Program-made: the position numbers and the translations under genes | DNA from: Candidatus Nomurabacteria bacterium | GTDB taxonomy: Bacteria > Patescibacteriota > Patescibacteriia > Magasanikbacterales > UBA922 | Direction of reading: 5' to 3' | NCBI GenBank assembly: GCA_020632445.1 | Contig: JACKFN010000003.1 | Span: 81,118-145,117 of the forward strand | Length of the DNA: 64,000 nt | Notes under the pieces: model-generated | What the model was told of the DNA's origin: nothing | What the model saw: only the letters and a program-made list of their open reading frames with translations | Databases searched by the model: none | Shown here: positions 1-9,262 of the stretch, piece by piece | How the letters are laid out: each line of letters starts with the position of its first letter | How positions within the stretch are numbered: the stretch's first letter is position 1

Positions 1-98
1 GTGATCATCAAGGAAACTCGTCTTAATTGCTTCGATCATGAGGGCTCCTTCCTCGCTCATCGGTCCGTTACTGAATATAATATGAAAGTAATCTACTG

Positions 99-755
99 TC
101 AAGCAACTATGTTCTCCAATTTGGCCCCAGGTCTCGCTTGTTTCCAGAGGGGGCCAGAACCTATTTTGTCATGTTTCTTGCCATTTATGCGTAATGCTGT
201 TTTTTCTCCTATTGCAATCAGTGGCCATTTAGAATTCTCCTCTGTGTTTTCAAGGGAGGTTTTTGCCCTTGCCACTGTTTCATGCTGAGCATGTACAAGC
301 GTAGTCATGGGAAGCCAAGCCCAACCTGTTTGTAGCTCATTGGGCATACTAATACTACTAAAGTAGAATCGTGATAATGCCTGTGCTCCAGCACTCATAC
401 CAATGACATGAGTACCATTCTCATATGCATACCTCAATGTTTTTTCTAATTGCCATTTAGCAAACAAGTCCATCAGTTTATCTGCATCTCCTCCTCCAAG
501 ATAAATAACTGATGCCTGTTTAATAGCAGAGTGTGCATATTTTTTACCTGACTTTAGTGTTGGAGTTAATATGGTATATCTCTGTCCGTATACTTCCCTA
601 ATAGCCTGAATATAACTCTTACTATCACTTGCAGCAGTGGCAAAGAAAGTCATAGTTGCACCTAACTCAGCCAACTGCATAATTTCAGCATCTATCAATT
701 GCGTGTCTCCCAATCTTATTTCTCCCCCCCCTATTAGATATAATTTGCCTTTCAT
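99..755 (-). CDS. S51-family peptidase (dipeptidase E / cyanophycinase-like); ORF extends to 809 but the start is probably the internal Met at 755 (MKGKLYLIGGG)
   Basis: Translation contains YLIGGGE..., GMSAGA and LGGGDADKL motifs typical of peptidase E-like S51 enzymes. Confidence 0.55.
   Translation of the reverse strand: MKGKLYLIGGGEIRLGDTQLIDAEIMQLAELGATMTFFATAASDSKSYIQAIREVYGQRYTILTPTLKSGKKYAHSAIKQASVIYLGGGDADKLMDLFAKWQLEKTLRYAYENGTHVIGMSAGAQALSRFYFSSISMPNELQTGWAWLPMTTLVHAQHETVARAKTSLENTEENSKWPLIAIGEKTALRINGKKHDKIGSGPLWKQARPGAKLENIVA
724..731. repeat. C8/G8 homopolymer tract inside the S51 peptidase coding sequence (encodes the GGG of LIGGGE)
   Basis: Run 'cccccccc' read directly; unusual length in a ~40% GC genome. 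Confidence 0.6.
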
Positions 756-1267
756 ATATTTAGCTATTAGCCTAATCCACAATGTCAAGAGTTTATAAAA
801 ATACGACATATACGTATCAAGTTATAGGATATCAAAAAAGAGCCATGAAAGCGAGTTCAATAAATCTGAATTTAATTGTATGAATATCACAAAACTATTT
901 TGAGACACCTAATCTAAATAGTAGGTTCTGTATTCAATAGCTATAGTTACGCAAAAATTAATAGAAATGTCTCTGCTATAAAAATGGCATACAACCAAGA
1001 AAAAGCTCTTAGATGTAAAAAAAATTCATTCAAAGAAGGTCAGCTTGAGTAGATTTCAAAGTATGGATTAATTCAGAAAAATTTCTAAAATTAGATCTAT
1101 TTTCCCTTTTGCTCAGGTCACTACTTTCTCTGAAAAACAATGAAAACGGAAATTTTGGGCAGAAGATGGGCAGATTTCACTACATGACAGAAGGAATGCA
1201 AAAAAAACAAAGCCGAAAAATGTCTTTGTTTAGTAGGAAATAGTCTCCGTGCCAGGAAAATATTCTT

Positions 1268-1294
1268 GCAGGACATCGTAGAGGAAGTTGGAAC
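1268..1294 (+). repeat. Copy A of an imperfect 27-bp direct repeat GCAGGACATCGTAGAGGAAGTTGGAAC
   Basis: Matches copy B at 1912-1938 at 24-25 of 27 positions; both are preceded by ttct. Confidence 0.6.
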
Positions 1295-1323
1295 TGTTAT
1301 TAAAAAAAGGAAGTATTCGATTT

Positions 1324-1803
1324 TTACCTAACAAGTAGTTCAAGCGGAACCTCTACACGCATAGTTTTTGTTGCTTCAGTGACGTGCCTCTCACTAAGAT
1401 CGTTCAACCATACTTTTACAGGAGTCATCTTGTAGAGTTTCTTTATGCTAATCCCTACAAATTCGGAAGCATCGTCCTCGCTATTTAAAAATAGTGGCAT
1501 AGTTTTTGCAATATCATCGGTGTTATCCATTTCAGCTACTGTACCTTGTATATAGACACAGGACTGGTGGTTATCTCCTAATTTTCGTGTGGAATTATAT
1601 ATTGTCACAAATACATTCTCGTTATCTATTATATTTTTTGAATGTTGACTATAGATCCAAGATCTCCAGTAAAAGTTAAAGTGAGGATCTGATACAGCAT
1701 ATACAGGAGTATTCCAAGGTTCATTTGTATTGGATACAGAGGCAATGTTCATGTATATAATTTCGTTTGTAATGTCTAAAACTTTTTGAGCAAGTTCAGT
1801 CAT
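1324..1803 (-). CDS. Pyridoxamine 5'-phosphate oxidase-like (FMN-binding split-barrel) family protein, tentative
   Basis: 159 aa; sequence pattern resembles PNPOx-like/general stress protein 26 proteins; flanked by the two direct-repeat copies. Confidence 0.35.
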   Translation of the reverse strand: MTELAQKVLDITNEIIYMNIASVSNTNEPWNTPVYAVSDPHFNFYWRSWIYSQHSKNIIDNENVFVTIYNSTRKLGDNHQSCVYIQGTVAEMDNTDDIAKTMPLFLNSEDDASEFVGISIKKLYKMTPVKVWLNDLSERHVTEATKTMRVEVPLELLVR

Positions 1804-1875
1804 ACTTATCAGTTAAAATTTACATTTGTATGATACCAAATTTGAACGCTGAGTTCTAACTTCCATTCTCCCCAT

Positions 1876-1901
1876 TAAAAAACATCGCTAAGCTTAGCGA
1901 T
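1876..1901 (-). terminator. Intrinsic terminator of the DUF2779-like gene: perfect 18-bp palindrome ATCGCTAAGCTTAGCGAT followed on the minus strand by GTTTTTT
   Basis: Palindrome at 1884-1901 and A6 run at 1877-1882 read directly. Confidence 0.5.
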
Positions 1902-1911
1902 GAATTTCTGA

Positions 1912-1938
1912 GCAGGACATCGTAGACGAAGTCGGAAC
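1912..1938 (+). repeat. Copy B of the imperfect 27-bp direct repeat GCAGGACATCGTAGACGAAGTCGGAAC
   Basis: See copy A; lies between the DUF2779 stop codon and its terminator hairpin. Confidence 0.6.
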
Positions 1939-1979
1939 CAGAATGAAGAAAGAACAGGGATACGTTACCATCCCTTGCC

Positions 1980-3482
1980 TTACTTAATTTCCACTTTAAT
2001 ACCACATACCCCTAAAAGGTGCTCGTATATTTTTACCATCGCCCACGTGTCTTGTTTACAGTACTCCAGTAGATCATGGTAGATAGCGTCTTCATCCTCA
2101 CATTCCTCAGAAAGCATGTACTCCCATCGTTCCATAGCCTGATCACCTGCTCGAACAGACAAATCATCATAGGTTAGCTCTGGCACAAGCACAGGAAGCA
2201 CTTTCTTGATACTGGTTTTTCCTTTGAAATCTTGATGAACATATAGCTGTTTTGTAAAAATGGTTTCAAGATCAAACATCCGCTCGTTCATGTCTTCAAA
2301 AAACGGTGCGTATTCGGGGTATACTCGTGCGAGTGTTTTATTTCTTCCTTCTTCGTATGATTTGTGCCAAGAGATGATTGATCCTTTTGAACCAATATCG
2401 TCAGTAAGTTGTTCTACAAGAGAGCGTGCAATATCTGACTTTCTCTTTCTTACGAGATGATCCCTGTGTTCAATTGTCCCGTCTTCGTGCAAGATGTGAA
2501 GCGAGTACTGAAAGGGCACTTGCTCGAAAGAGCTATAACCCGTGAATTCTGGAATGGCTGTACCGTATCCTTCATAGTCAAAGAAATACAGAGGAAAGGT
2601 AAGCGTGTCGAGCTCTTCTTTTATCGTGTGCGTATCGATCAACGGTTTCTGTGATCTATACACTTCCACTTGGAGAGCTTGCTTGTCATTAAGAATAGAA
2701 ACATCGGGGATATCTTCAAGAGTAAAGATACCTTCATCCACCCAGTTTTCTATTTTCTTCTTACTGAGTCCAATTCTATGCAAATCGTGAATACTATATT
2801 CGGGAACTTGTGGATTTGAATATGCAAAGGTCGTACACTGATTTGATCTACCACGATAGATGCACTCACAACCACTACCCTCTGGCATATCCATAGAACG
2901 TTTCATATCTTCCATCTCAGCCGTTACTTCTTCCACCACTTCTGCTACCTCCTCTGTAACTTCTTCCACCATAAAGACATCTCGCCAAGAAAACGAAGAA
3001 TGTCGTTTGTACTCTCCATTCAAATGGATAATCCCACATTTTCCAATAGGAATACCAGCTTGCTCACAAACTTGCTTCTGAAAGGAAATATCTTTGATAT
3101 GGTTATGGTTCTTTTTTCGTTTTACTTCGTTTGTTGCCTTCACCTCGTATAGCTCCCATGCACTGAGGGCATCATTCCATACTAAAATATCGGCTCTGAT
3201 CAAAAAAGAATCTACTGAAATTGCAGCCTGAAAGATCACTTTTTCTTTTCGATCAATGTACTGTTTTGTATCCTCAATAGCTTCTGCTTCATGTGTCGTT
3301 ACGAGAACACCTTCTGGAAACAAGTGACGTGCTGCTTCATCAGCTATGTTACCTTCCTCAATGATCTTCTTTTCAAATTCAGATAGCTCGACACCCTCAA
3401 AAAGCTCTGGCTTATGTTTTTTAAGCCAAAGGTTTTTCTTGCAGAACAAAAATTCAAGATAGTCGGTTTTGGTTAGTTGCAT
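1980..3482 (-). CDS. DUF2779-like protein (predicted nuclease-related fold); ORF track starts at TTG 3488, ATG at 3482 preferred
   Basis: 500 aa; N-terminal YLEFLFCKKNLWL and central FPLYFFDYEGY segments recalled as DUF2779 hallmarks. Confidence 0.5.
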   Translation of the reverse strand: MQLTKTDYLEFLFCKKNLWLKKHKPELFEGVELSEFEKKIIEEGNIADEAARHLFPEGVLVTTHEAEAIEDTKQYIDRKEKVIFQAAISVDSFLIRADILVWNDALSAWELYEVKATNEVKRKKNHNHIKDISFQKQVCEQAGIPIGKCGIIHLNGEYKRHSSFSWRDVFMVEEVTEEVAEVVEEVTAEMEDMKRSMDMPEGSGCECIYRGRSNQCTTFAYSNPQVPEYSIHDLHRIGLSKKKIENWVDEGIFTLEDIPDVSILNDKQALQVEVYRSQKPLIDTHTIKEELDTLTFPLYFFDYEGYGTAIPEFTGYSSFEQVPFQYSLHILHEDGTIEHRDHLVRKRKSDIARSLVEQLTDDIGSKGSIISWHKSYEEGRNKTLARVYPEYAPFFEDMNERMFDLETIFTKQLYVHQDFKGKTSIKKVLPVLVPELTYDDLSVRAGDQAMERWEYMLSEECEDEDAIYHDLLEYCKQDTWAMVKIYEHLLGVCGIKVEIK

Positions 3483-3522
3483 ATTCAAGTAATGTTCAAT
3501 CCTCTATGGAGCTCACTATTTT

Positions 3523-4440
3523 TTAAACCATTTTTTCAATACTCTCTTTCAGCTCATCCGCCTCTGGATACCACGTCAACGTATCCAGATCATGACGAAG
3601 AGCATAAAGGTCTAATCGTCTATTGAGGTTATTAAACGCAAACAATTCTGGGGCATACTCTCTAAACCAATCTATCAGATGAGCGTAATCTTCATCTTTT
3701 ACAAACTGCTCAGCATATTCAGACATATACTTGCTTGGTAATTCTTGCATTCGCTTCACAATATCAAGAACGTAGTCAATCGAAGACACTTCAATACGCT
3801 CGAAGTCTAACATTGCGACTATCTTTCCATCTTCAACCAAGACATTATCGAAATGGGTGTCCCAATGAACAAATGCCATTTTTGCTTCATCCAAGACGCT
3901 CTGATGTTTTTCCACAAAGTCTCTAACACCTAATATAACCTCATCTACGAGAGTGTTTTCTTGTTTTAATTTTTCTAGTGAAACGTTGATTTTATCTACG
4001 ACAATCTCACGCCAAGATTTAGAAATATCTACGTCAAACTTTTCAACAAAATCATTGTATGGAGTTTCGTTTATCGCTCTGAGATGGTTACACAGTTCTT
4101 TCACAATCTGCTTCCTCTCATGTTCATCCATTTTATGCCATACGTTATACAGGTTTTCACCTTTGATCCTCGGATATACAACGTAATGCTTATCGAAGAT
4201 ACTTTTTGACGTGTCGTAAATGATAACTTCTGGTACAGGAATAGATGGTGAGAACAGTTTATACAAATAGACTTCACGAGCCATTCTATATTCGTTTCCC
4301 TCATCATCACACACTTTAAGAATGTACTTATCATCTACCGAGTACACTTTGTTTGTAAAACCGACCTCTATTTTCTTTACAGAATTAGGCTCTACAAGAT
4401 CGTTTATTTCGAATATCTTTTTTACTTTTTCTATATCCAT
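3523..4440 (-). CDS. Aminoglycoside/choline-kinase-type phosphotransferase (APH family)
   Basis: 305 aa; HWDTHFDNVLV (catalytic H-x-D-x4-N) and downstream DFE motif. Confidence 0.6.
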   Translation of the reverse strand: MDIEKVKKIFEINDLVEPNSVKKIEVGFTNKVYSVDDKYILKVCDDEGNEYRMAREVYLYKLFSPSIPVPEVIIYDTSKSIFDKHYVVYPRIKGENLYNVWHKMDEHERKQIVKELCNHLRAINETPYNDFVEKFDVDISKSWREIVVDKINVSLEKLKQENTLVDEVILGVRDFVEKHQSVLDEAKMAFVHWDTHFDNVLVEDGKIVAMLDFERIEVSSIDYVLDIVKRMQELPSKYMSEYAEQFVKDEDYAHLIDWFREYAPELFAFNNLNRRLDLYALRHDLDTLTWYPEADELKESIEKMV

Positions 4441-4444
4441 ATTT

Positions 4445-4762
4445 TTATCTAACCCAGTTTGTAACTAGATAACTCGTAGCAGTTGCAACAATTAACGGCA
4501 CAAGGATATCCCACAAAATTTTTCTTTTCCAGTCATTTCTTTTATCTATCAAAAATTGTCTTTGTAAAAGTAATTGAGCTTTTTCCGTATCGAGATACTT
4601 TATTTCACCCTCCTCCATAATCCTATCTATATAATCTCCAGCAAAGGTTTCTTGTAAATTATGTATCCTTCTTGGTTTTTCTTCTTCTATTTCCAAAAGT
4701 CTAAGCTCAACTTTTTTAAGACTTTTTGGAATATCAGGTTTGTACTCTTCTTTTTTTGACAT
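4445..4762 (-). CDS. Hypothetical small protein with C-terminal transmembrane anchor; ATG at 4762 preferred over TTG 4768
   Basis: ORF with hydrophobic C-terminus WDILVPLIVATATSYLV; upstream sequence is identical to that of the DUF2779 gene. Confidence 0.35.
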   Translation of the reverse strand: MSKKEEYKPDIPKSLKKVELRLLEIEEEKPRRIHNLQETFAGDYIDRIMEEGEIKYLDTEKAQLLLQRQFLIDKRNDWKRKILWDILVPLIVATATSYLVTNWVR

Positions 4763-4909
4763 ATTCAAGTAATGTTCATTCCCCAGTACTACTCACTATT
4801 GTTTTCTTCTGGAAAATACTTATTGTTCAATTTAGTGAGCAGAACAAAGAAGTCTGTGATATTTTTCAATTCTTCCTCAGTGAAATGTTGGGGCTGTTCA
4901 ATATCCATG

Positions 4910-7198
4910 CTAGAAGCTCAATCTCTCCCAACCCTTTGCAGTCTTTTCATGCTTATAGTCTTTTCCTGTAAACACGTGTCCGCCAGTCTTATCAAAGACA
5001 ACAATACCACCGAACAATTTCTTTTTCTTGTTGTCTGCAATATAGGCTTGAAGAGCGTCGGATTTAGCCTTTGTTTCGCCACTAGAGGCGGTAAAACCAG
5101 ACTTTGTATCAAAGATGCCTATTGATCCATCTTTCATCTGTACGACGTAATCTGGATAAAATGCATGCTCCAGTTCATCGTCTGGATGGACGTAGGCAAC
5201 GGCAAAGTACATTTCTTTACTCTCACCATTTTTGTACCACCAAGACACCTTGTCACTTTCTGATAGAACCTTTTCAAATTCTTGTTCTGGATTTGATCTT
5301 GTCTTGGATAGATAGCACGGACTCATTACGTTATTTGCCACACTGACCTTTTCATAATTTTCGTTGTAGTAATCAACATTTGGGACATCCCATGTGCACT
5401 CTCGTCTTCGCTGTTTTGCTTTGAGCTCTTTTTTGCGTACCTCTCGGAAGCGTTCTTTTGCAGCCTCAATGATCTCCAAGAAAATCTTTTGATTAACATC
5501 TGAGCACACAACAACACGCTGAATTTCTGCACGACTTTTGTCCGCATAGCCGAGGTAGCTATCAAACCAATCGTAAAATGCTTGTTGTACTTTGGTATGA
5601 GAACGAACAGGGGCAAATGGCAGTGATGCTACTTTCGCAAACAGCTCAAACTTGTATTTCAAATCATCCATCGGTACAGAGAAGTCTACCAATTCACCCA
5701 CGACATCTCGAGCACCATCGACATTATCAATAACCGCATTTGAGATCACAGGCTTGGTAAGCTCCTCGAGGTATAACTCAAGGTCTTTGTCTGCTTTTTT
5801 GTAGGCTGTGTCACCGATATCTTTTGACGTAATGCCAAATCGCTTGTTAGCTTCTTCGATAAAGAGCTTACGGAAGGTAAGAGTAAGATCACCATAATCA
5901 ACACGGCTGAGGTAGACGGACGGTAGTTTAATTGGCTCGTAATTAGCCTCTCTATGAGATGGAGAAACATTGAAAAATGTCTGACTTCCTTCGTCCTGCT
6001 TGATCTTGATCTCTCCAAGATTTGTATAGACGTATGCACTGTTCAGTACATCTGACTCGTAGTGCTTTACTTCTGGCATACGGAGTATTCGACCGACTGT
6101 TTGAATTTCAAACGTCACGCTTTTGATATCTCGGAACATCACAAGAATTTGAGCACGAGGACAATCCCAACCAAGAGCAATTGCTTGCTTGAAGATGAGC
6201 ACTTCTACATGATTATCTACTCGCTCAATACCTTGCAGGTTTTCTTTTGTGTCTGAAAGCCAAATGGCAAGTCGTCCATTGTCTACGGTAATGTCATGTT
6301 TCTTCTTCAAATACTCCTGCACCATTTCGAGCTTTGACTTATCAAGAGCACTGGTCTTTTGTGCTTCACTCGGTAGCTGGATCAGTACAAGCGGATTTAC
6401 ATCGCTCTTTTCTTTTTTATAGGCTTCTTTCAGTTCGTCACGTTGTTTGATACTGGCATCTAGGATAGCCTCATCAGCCGAGTCACAAAGGTCTTTGTAC
6501 TCTCCAATCTCTTTATTGATAATTGTCTCAGACTTAATCATTCCTTCTGCTACTACGTCACCAAATGGAACAACGATAAACCCAGCATCACCAGTCGCCA
6601 TATCTTCTGCTGTAGGCAAGATAGATGGTGTAGCAGATACCTCAATGGTGAGCTTTGGAGCAATAACATCTTTCACCAATTCTTGTGACTGGTCTGACCA
6701 GTAGTGGTGGTGGCTCTCGTCTACAATGAGGATAATTTCTCGTCCCTTTTCTTTTGTATTTCGTACAAATGTAGGCAAGTTTCTATCTTGCTCGTTATCT
6801 CGCATGAGCACGTTTGACCATGCACCTTCACGGTTTTTCTTGGTGAGGCTATGCCAATTTACAAACACAATTTCGTTCTCTTCAAATGTAGAGCGTTGTA
6901 CTTCTTCAAGATACGAAAATGTATATCGACTTTCAGAAAGATAGCTCTCGAGCTTTTCTTTACTTTGTGAATGCAAATCATGTGAGCTAATCCAAATGAA
7001 GGCGAATTCTTTGCTTCCTACATATTCTCGAGAGAATTGCTGGAGAAAGTCTGCCATCATAATGGTCTTTCCTGATCCAGTCGGGGCTTTGAATACACAA
7101 ATCTTTTCTCCCTGTTTATCAAGGAGTTTTTTGGCTTGAAAGAGTAGCTTATCTACTGCTGTTTTTTGATATGTTTTTAATCTCATCATATTAGGCAA
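4910..7198 (-). CDS. res: Type III restriction enzyme Res subunit (SF2 helicase plus C-terminal PD-(D/E)xK-like nuclease)
   Basis: Walker A APTGSGKT, DEAH-like VDESHH, C-terminal PDYVVQMKDG; 8-bp overlap with the upstream mod gene. Confidence 0.75.
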   Translation of the reverse strand: MPNMMRLKTYQKTAVDKLLFQAKKLLDKQGEKICVFKAPTGSGKTIMMADFLQQFSREYVGSKEFAFIWISSHDLHSQSKEKLESYLSESRYTFSYLEEVQRSTFEENEIVFVNWHSLTKKNREGAWSNVLMRDNEQDRNLPTFVRNTKEKGREIILIVDESHHHYWSDQSQELVKDVIAPKLTIEVSATPSILPTAEDMATGDAGFIVVPFGDVVAEGMIKSETIINKEIGEYKDLCDSADEAILDASIKQRDELKEAYKKEKSDVNPLVLIQLPSEAQKTSALDKSKLEMVQEYLKKKHDITVDNGRLAIWLSDTKENLQGIERVDNHVEVLIFKQAIALGWDCPRAQILVMFRDIKSVTFEIQTVGRILRMPEVKHYESDVLNSAYVYTNLGEIKIKQDEGSQTFFNVSPSHREANYEPIKLPSVYLSRVDYGDLTLTFRKLFIEEANKRFGITSKDIGDTAYKKADKDLELYLEELTKPVISNAVIDNVDGARDVVGELVDFSVPMDDLKYKFELFAKVASLPFAPVRSHTKVQQAFYDWFDSYLGYADKSRAEIQRVVVCSDVNQKIFLEIIEAAKERFREVRKKELKAKQRRRECTWDVPNVDYYNENYEKVSVANNVMSPCYLSKTRSNPEQEFEKVLSESDKVSWWYKNGESKEMYFAVAYVHPDDELEHAFYPDYVVQMKDGSIGIFDTKSGFTASSGETKAKSDALQAYIADNKKKKLFGGIVVFDKTGGHVFTGKDYKHEKTAKGWERLSF

Positions 7199-8987
7199 AG
7201 AGTTTACGATAGACTTCTAAAATACTCTCTGGGATAGGACAAAGTGTATGATCTACCGAGAGATCAGCAAAGTCATCCTCGAACGTGTCGTGAGAGAGTG
7301 AAAAAATGTACAAGTGTGCAGGCATGTCTTTTGCATCCACCTTTTCTTTGAATTCCTTTACCGAATCAAGATCGAACAATATACCCGTAAGGTGATCATT
7401 GTTTTTATAGACTTTGTACTTTTTGTTGTCGTAGATTTTCTTGTACGTCCCTTCCTTTACACAGATCATCTCTGTAGACTTCTTCACGAGTTCTCTACGG
7501 GTATCGTCTGATACTTCCGATTGCTTTACGAATGTTGTTTTGAAATAACGTAGATTTGCAGGAATACCTTCTACATCTGCATAGCCTTCAATGACGTTTT
7601 CTACACGAGGGTATGTTACTTCCTCAGCAATACCGTTTTCGTTATTGGTACAAAGTATAAACTGACGATTGCCTCCATCTTGCTTGTTTAGTTCTAGAAC
7701 AGCGTGAGCAGTCGTTCCAGAACCTGCAAAAAAGTCTAGTATAGTAACTTTTTTATTTTTCTGTGCTTTCGAAACTTTCAACGTATCAATCACGGCGTAT
7801 AAAGACTTTGGATAATCAAAAACTTTCTCTCCACCAAACAAATTTTTTAGCATGTTCGTTCCATGAGAGGAAGCATCGTACAAAGAATCGACCCATATTG
7901 TTTTTGGTTTCCTTCCTGATTTTGTCCTATCTTTCAAATAGACTGAATATGATCCTTTTACTTTTTTCACTACAAATTCTCCCTCCGCAGCATTTCTTAA
8001 AATCTTCTCTCTATCTGACCATCTCCAGACCCTTCTTTTACCATTTGAGTCAATAGGCATGATCATGTTTATGTTCGGGTAAGACTTCCTAAAATCTTCA
8101 ATGGAACATTCTTCGATTGAGCCTTTTTTACCATACACAAACACTGTGTCCGTTTTGTATTGATCTTTGTAGCTTCCTATCCTCGATCCACCAACCCCTA
8201 CAATCTTTTTGTGCTTCGGTTCAAAAGCAATAAAAAATTCTGAATTAGGACGATCTTTTGGAACAGATAGTCCGCCACTTCGTCTAAATGGGAGTAGCCT
8301 ATAGTTCGAAGTTTCATCTTCAAGTCCAAAATTCTTTTTCTGTTCATCTGTAAGAGGTAAATCAAAAACCTTTGATTTACTACTTCTTCCGTACATCAGA
8401 ATATACTCATGAGATGTGGCAAAATTTTTGTTTGTAGTTCTACCACGTGGGTTAATTTCAATTGCCACTATACCCATTCTATTTTCTTCACCAAAAATTT
8501 CATCTAGCAATAGCCCAATTTGAAAAATTTCATAATCATCAATGGTAAGAAAAAGGACACCGTCTTCTTTAAGAAGATTTTTTGATGCCTCAATTCTTTT
8601 TGCCATCATGGATAGCCACTTCGAATGCCTATACGGATCATCACTGTCTACATAGTCGTTGTTGTATCTCCAAGAATTGTTACCAGTATTATACGGAGGA
8701 TCAATATAAATAACATCTACCTTTCCAGCGTGCGTGTAATTCAAAACAGACAACGCATGATAGTTGTCTCCCTCAATCAATAGATTGGTGACTCCATTTT
8801 CATCCTTTTCAAGGGTACGTTCAGCTACTTCTTCGAGTACAGGTAGATGTTCTTTGCATTTTTCTACTACATCCTCGGGCTTATCTTCCCAGACCAGCCC
8901 ATATTTTTTTCTGCTTTGTAATTGTTCAACGAGCTCGAGAAGCTCTTCTTTGTTCATGTTTTTGTAATTCTTCATAGTAATGTTCAT
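7191..8987 (-). CDS. mod: Type III R-M Mod subunit (beta-class N6-adenine DNA methyltransferase)
   Basis: DPPY motif IV (IYIDPPYNTGN) precedes the AdoMet motif I FFAGSGTTAHAV; mod then res order is typical of Type III systems. Confidence 0.8.
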   Translation of the reverse strand: MNITMKNYKNMNKEELLELVEQLQSRKKYGLVWEDKPEDVVEKCKEHLPVLEEVAERTLEKDENGVTNLLIEGDNYHALSVLNYTHAGKVDVIYIDPPYNTGNNSWRYNNDYVDSDDPYRHSKWLSMMAKRIEASKNLLKEDGVLFLTIDDYEIFQIGLLLDEIFGEENRMGIVAIEINPRGRTTNKNFATSHEYILMYGRSSKSKVFDLPLTDEQKKNFGLEDETSNYRLLPFRRSGGLSVPKDRPNSEFFIAFEPKHKKIVGVGGSRIGSYKDQYKTDTVFVYGKKGSIEECSIEDFRKSYPNINMIMPIDSNGKRRVWRWSDREKILRNAAEGEFVVKKVKGSYSVYLKDRTKSGRKPKTIWVDSLYDASSHGTNMLKNLFGGEKVFDYPKSLYAVIDTLKVSKAQKNKKVTILDFFAGSGTTAHAVLELNKQDGGNRQFILCTNNENGIAEEVTYPRVENVIEGYADVEGIPANLRYFKTTFVKQSEVSDDTRRELVKKSTEMICVKEGTYKKIYDNKKYKVYKNNDHLTGILFDLDSVKEFKEKVDAKDMPAHLYIFSLSHDTFEDDFADLSVDHTLCPIPESILEVYRKLFA

Positions 8988-8995
8988 TGTTTCGG

Positions 8996-9181
8996 TTACG
9001 ACTGATCTTCAATGAAAGCAAGAATGTCTTCTTTCTTGTATCTTCGATCTCCTCGAGAGCCAAACCGTATGGCTTTGAGTTTTCCCTCGTTATCCCACTT
9101 TCGTAGTGTATTGGGATGACAGTTCAATATCTCACATGCCTCCTTTAGCGTGAGCAATTGAGGCATTTTTTGCATGTCCAT
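8996..9181 (-). CDS. Excisionase/AlpA-type helix-turn-helix DNA-binding protein
   Basis: 61 aa; LTLKEACEILNCHPNTLRKWDNEGKL matches the excisionase-family HTH pattern. Confidence 0.55.
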   Translation of the reverse strand: MDMQKMPQLLTLKEACEILNCHPNTLRKWDNEGKLKAIRFGSRGDRRYKKEDILAFIEDQS

Positions 9182-9262
9182 AGCTCTTGATTTTGTACTT
9201 AATATAAGTTACCATTAGTATACACGAAATTACTATTACTCTCAAATTAGCATGACAATTAT

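Noticed and set aside
810-1323. A 500-bp AT-rich non-coding gap as a possible ncRNA or degraded gene
   Set aside because: I found only short direct repeats (GGGCAGA x2) and repeat copy A, with no recognisable RNA structure or ORF remnant, so I do not call a feature.
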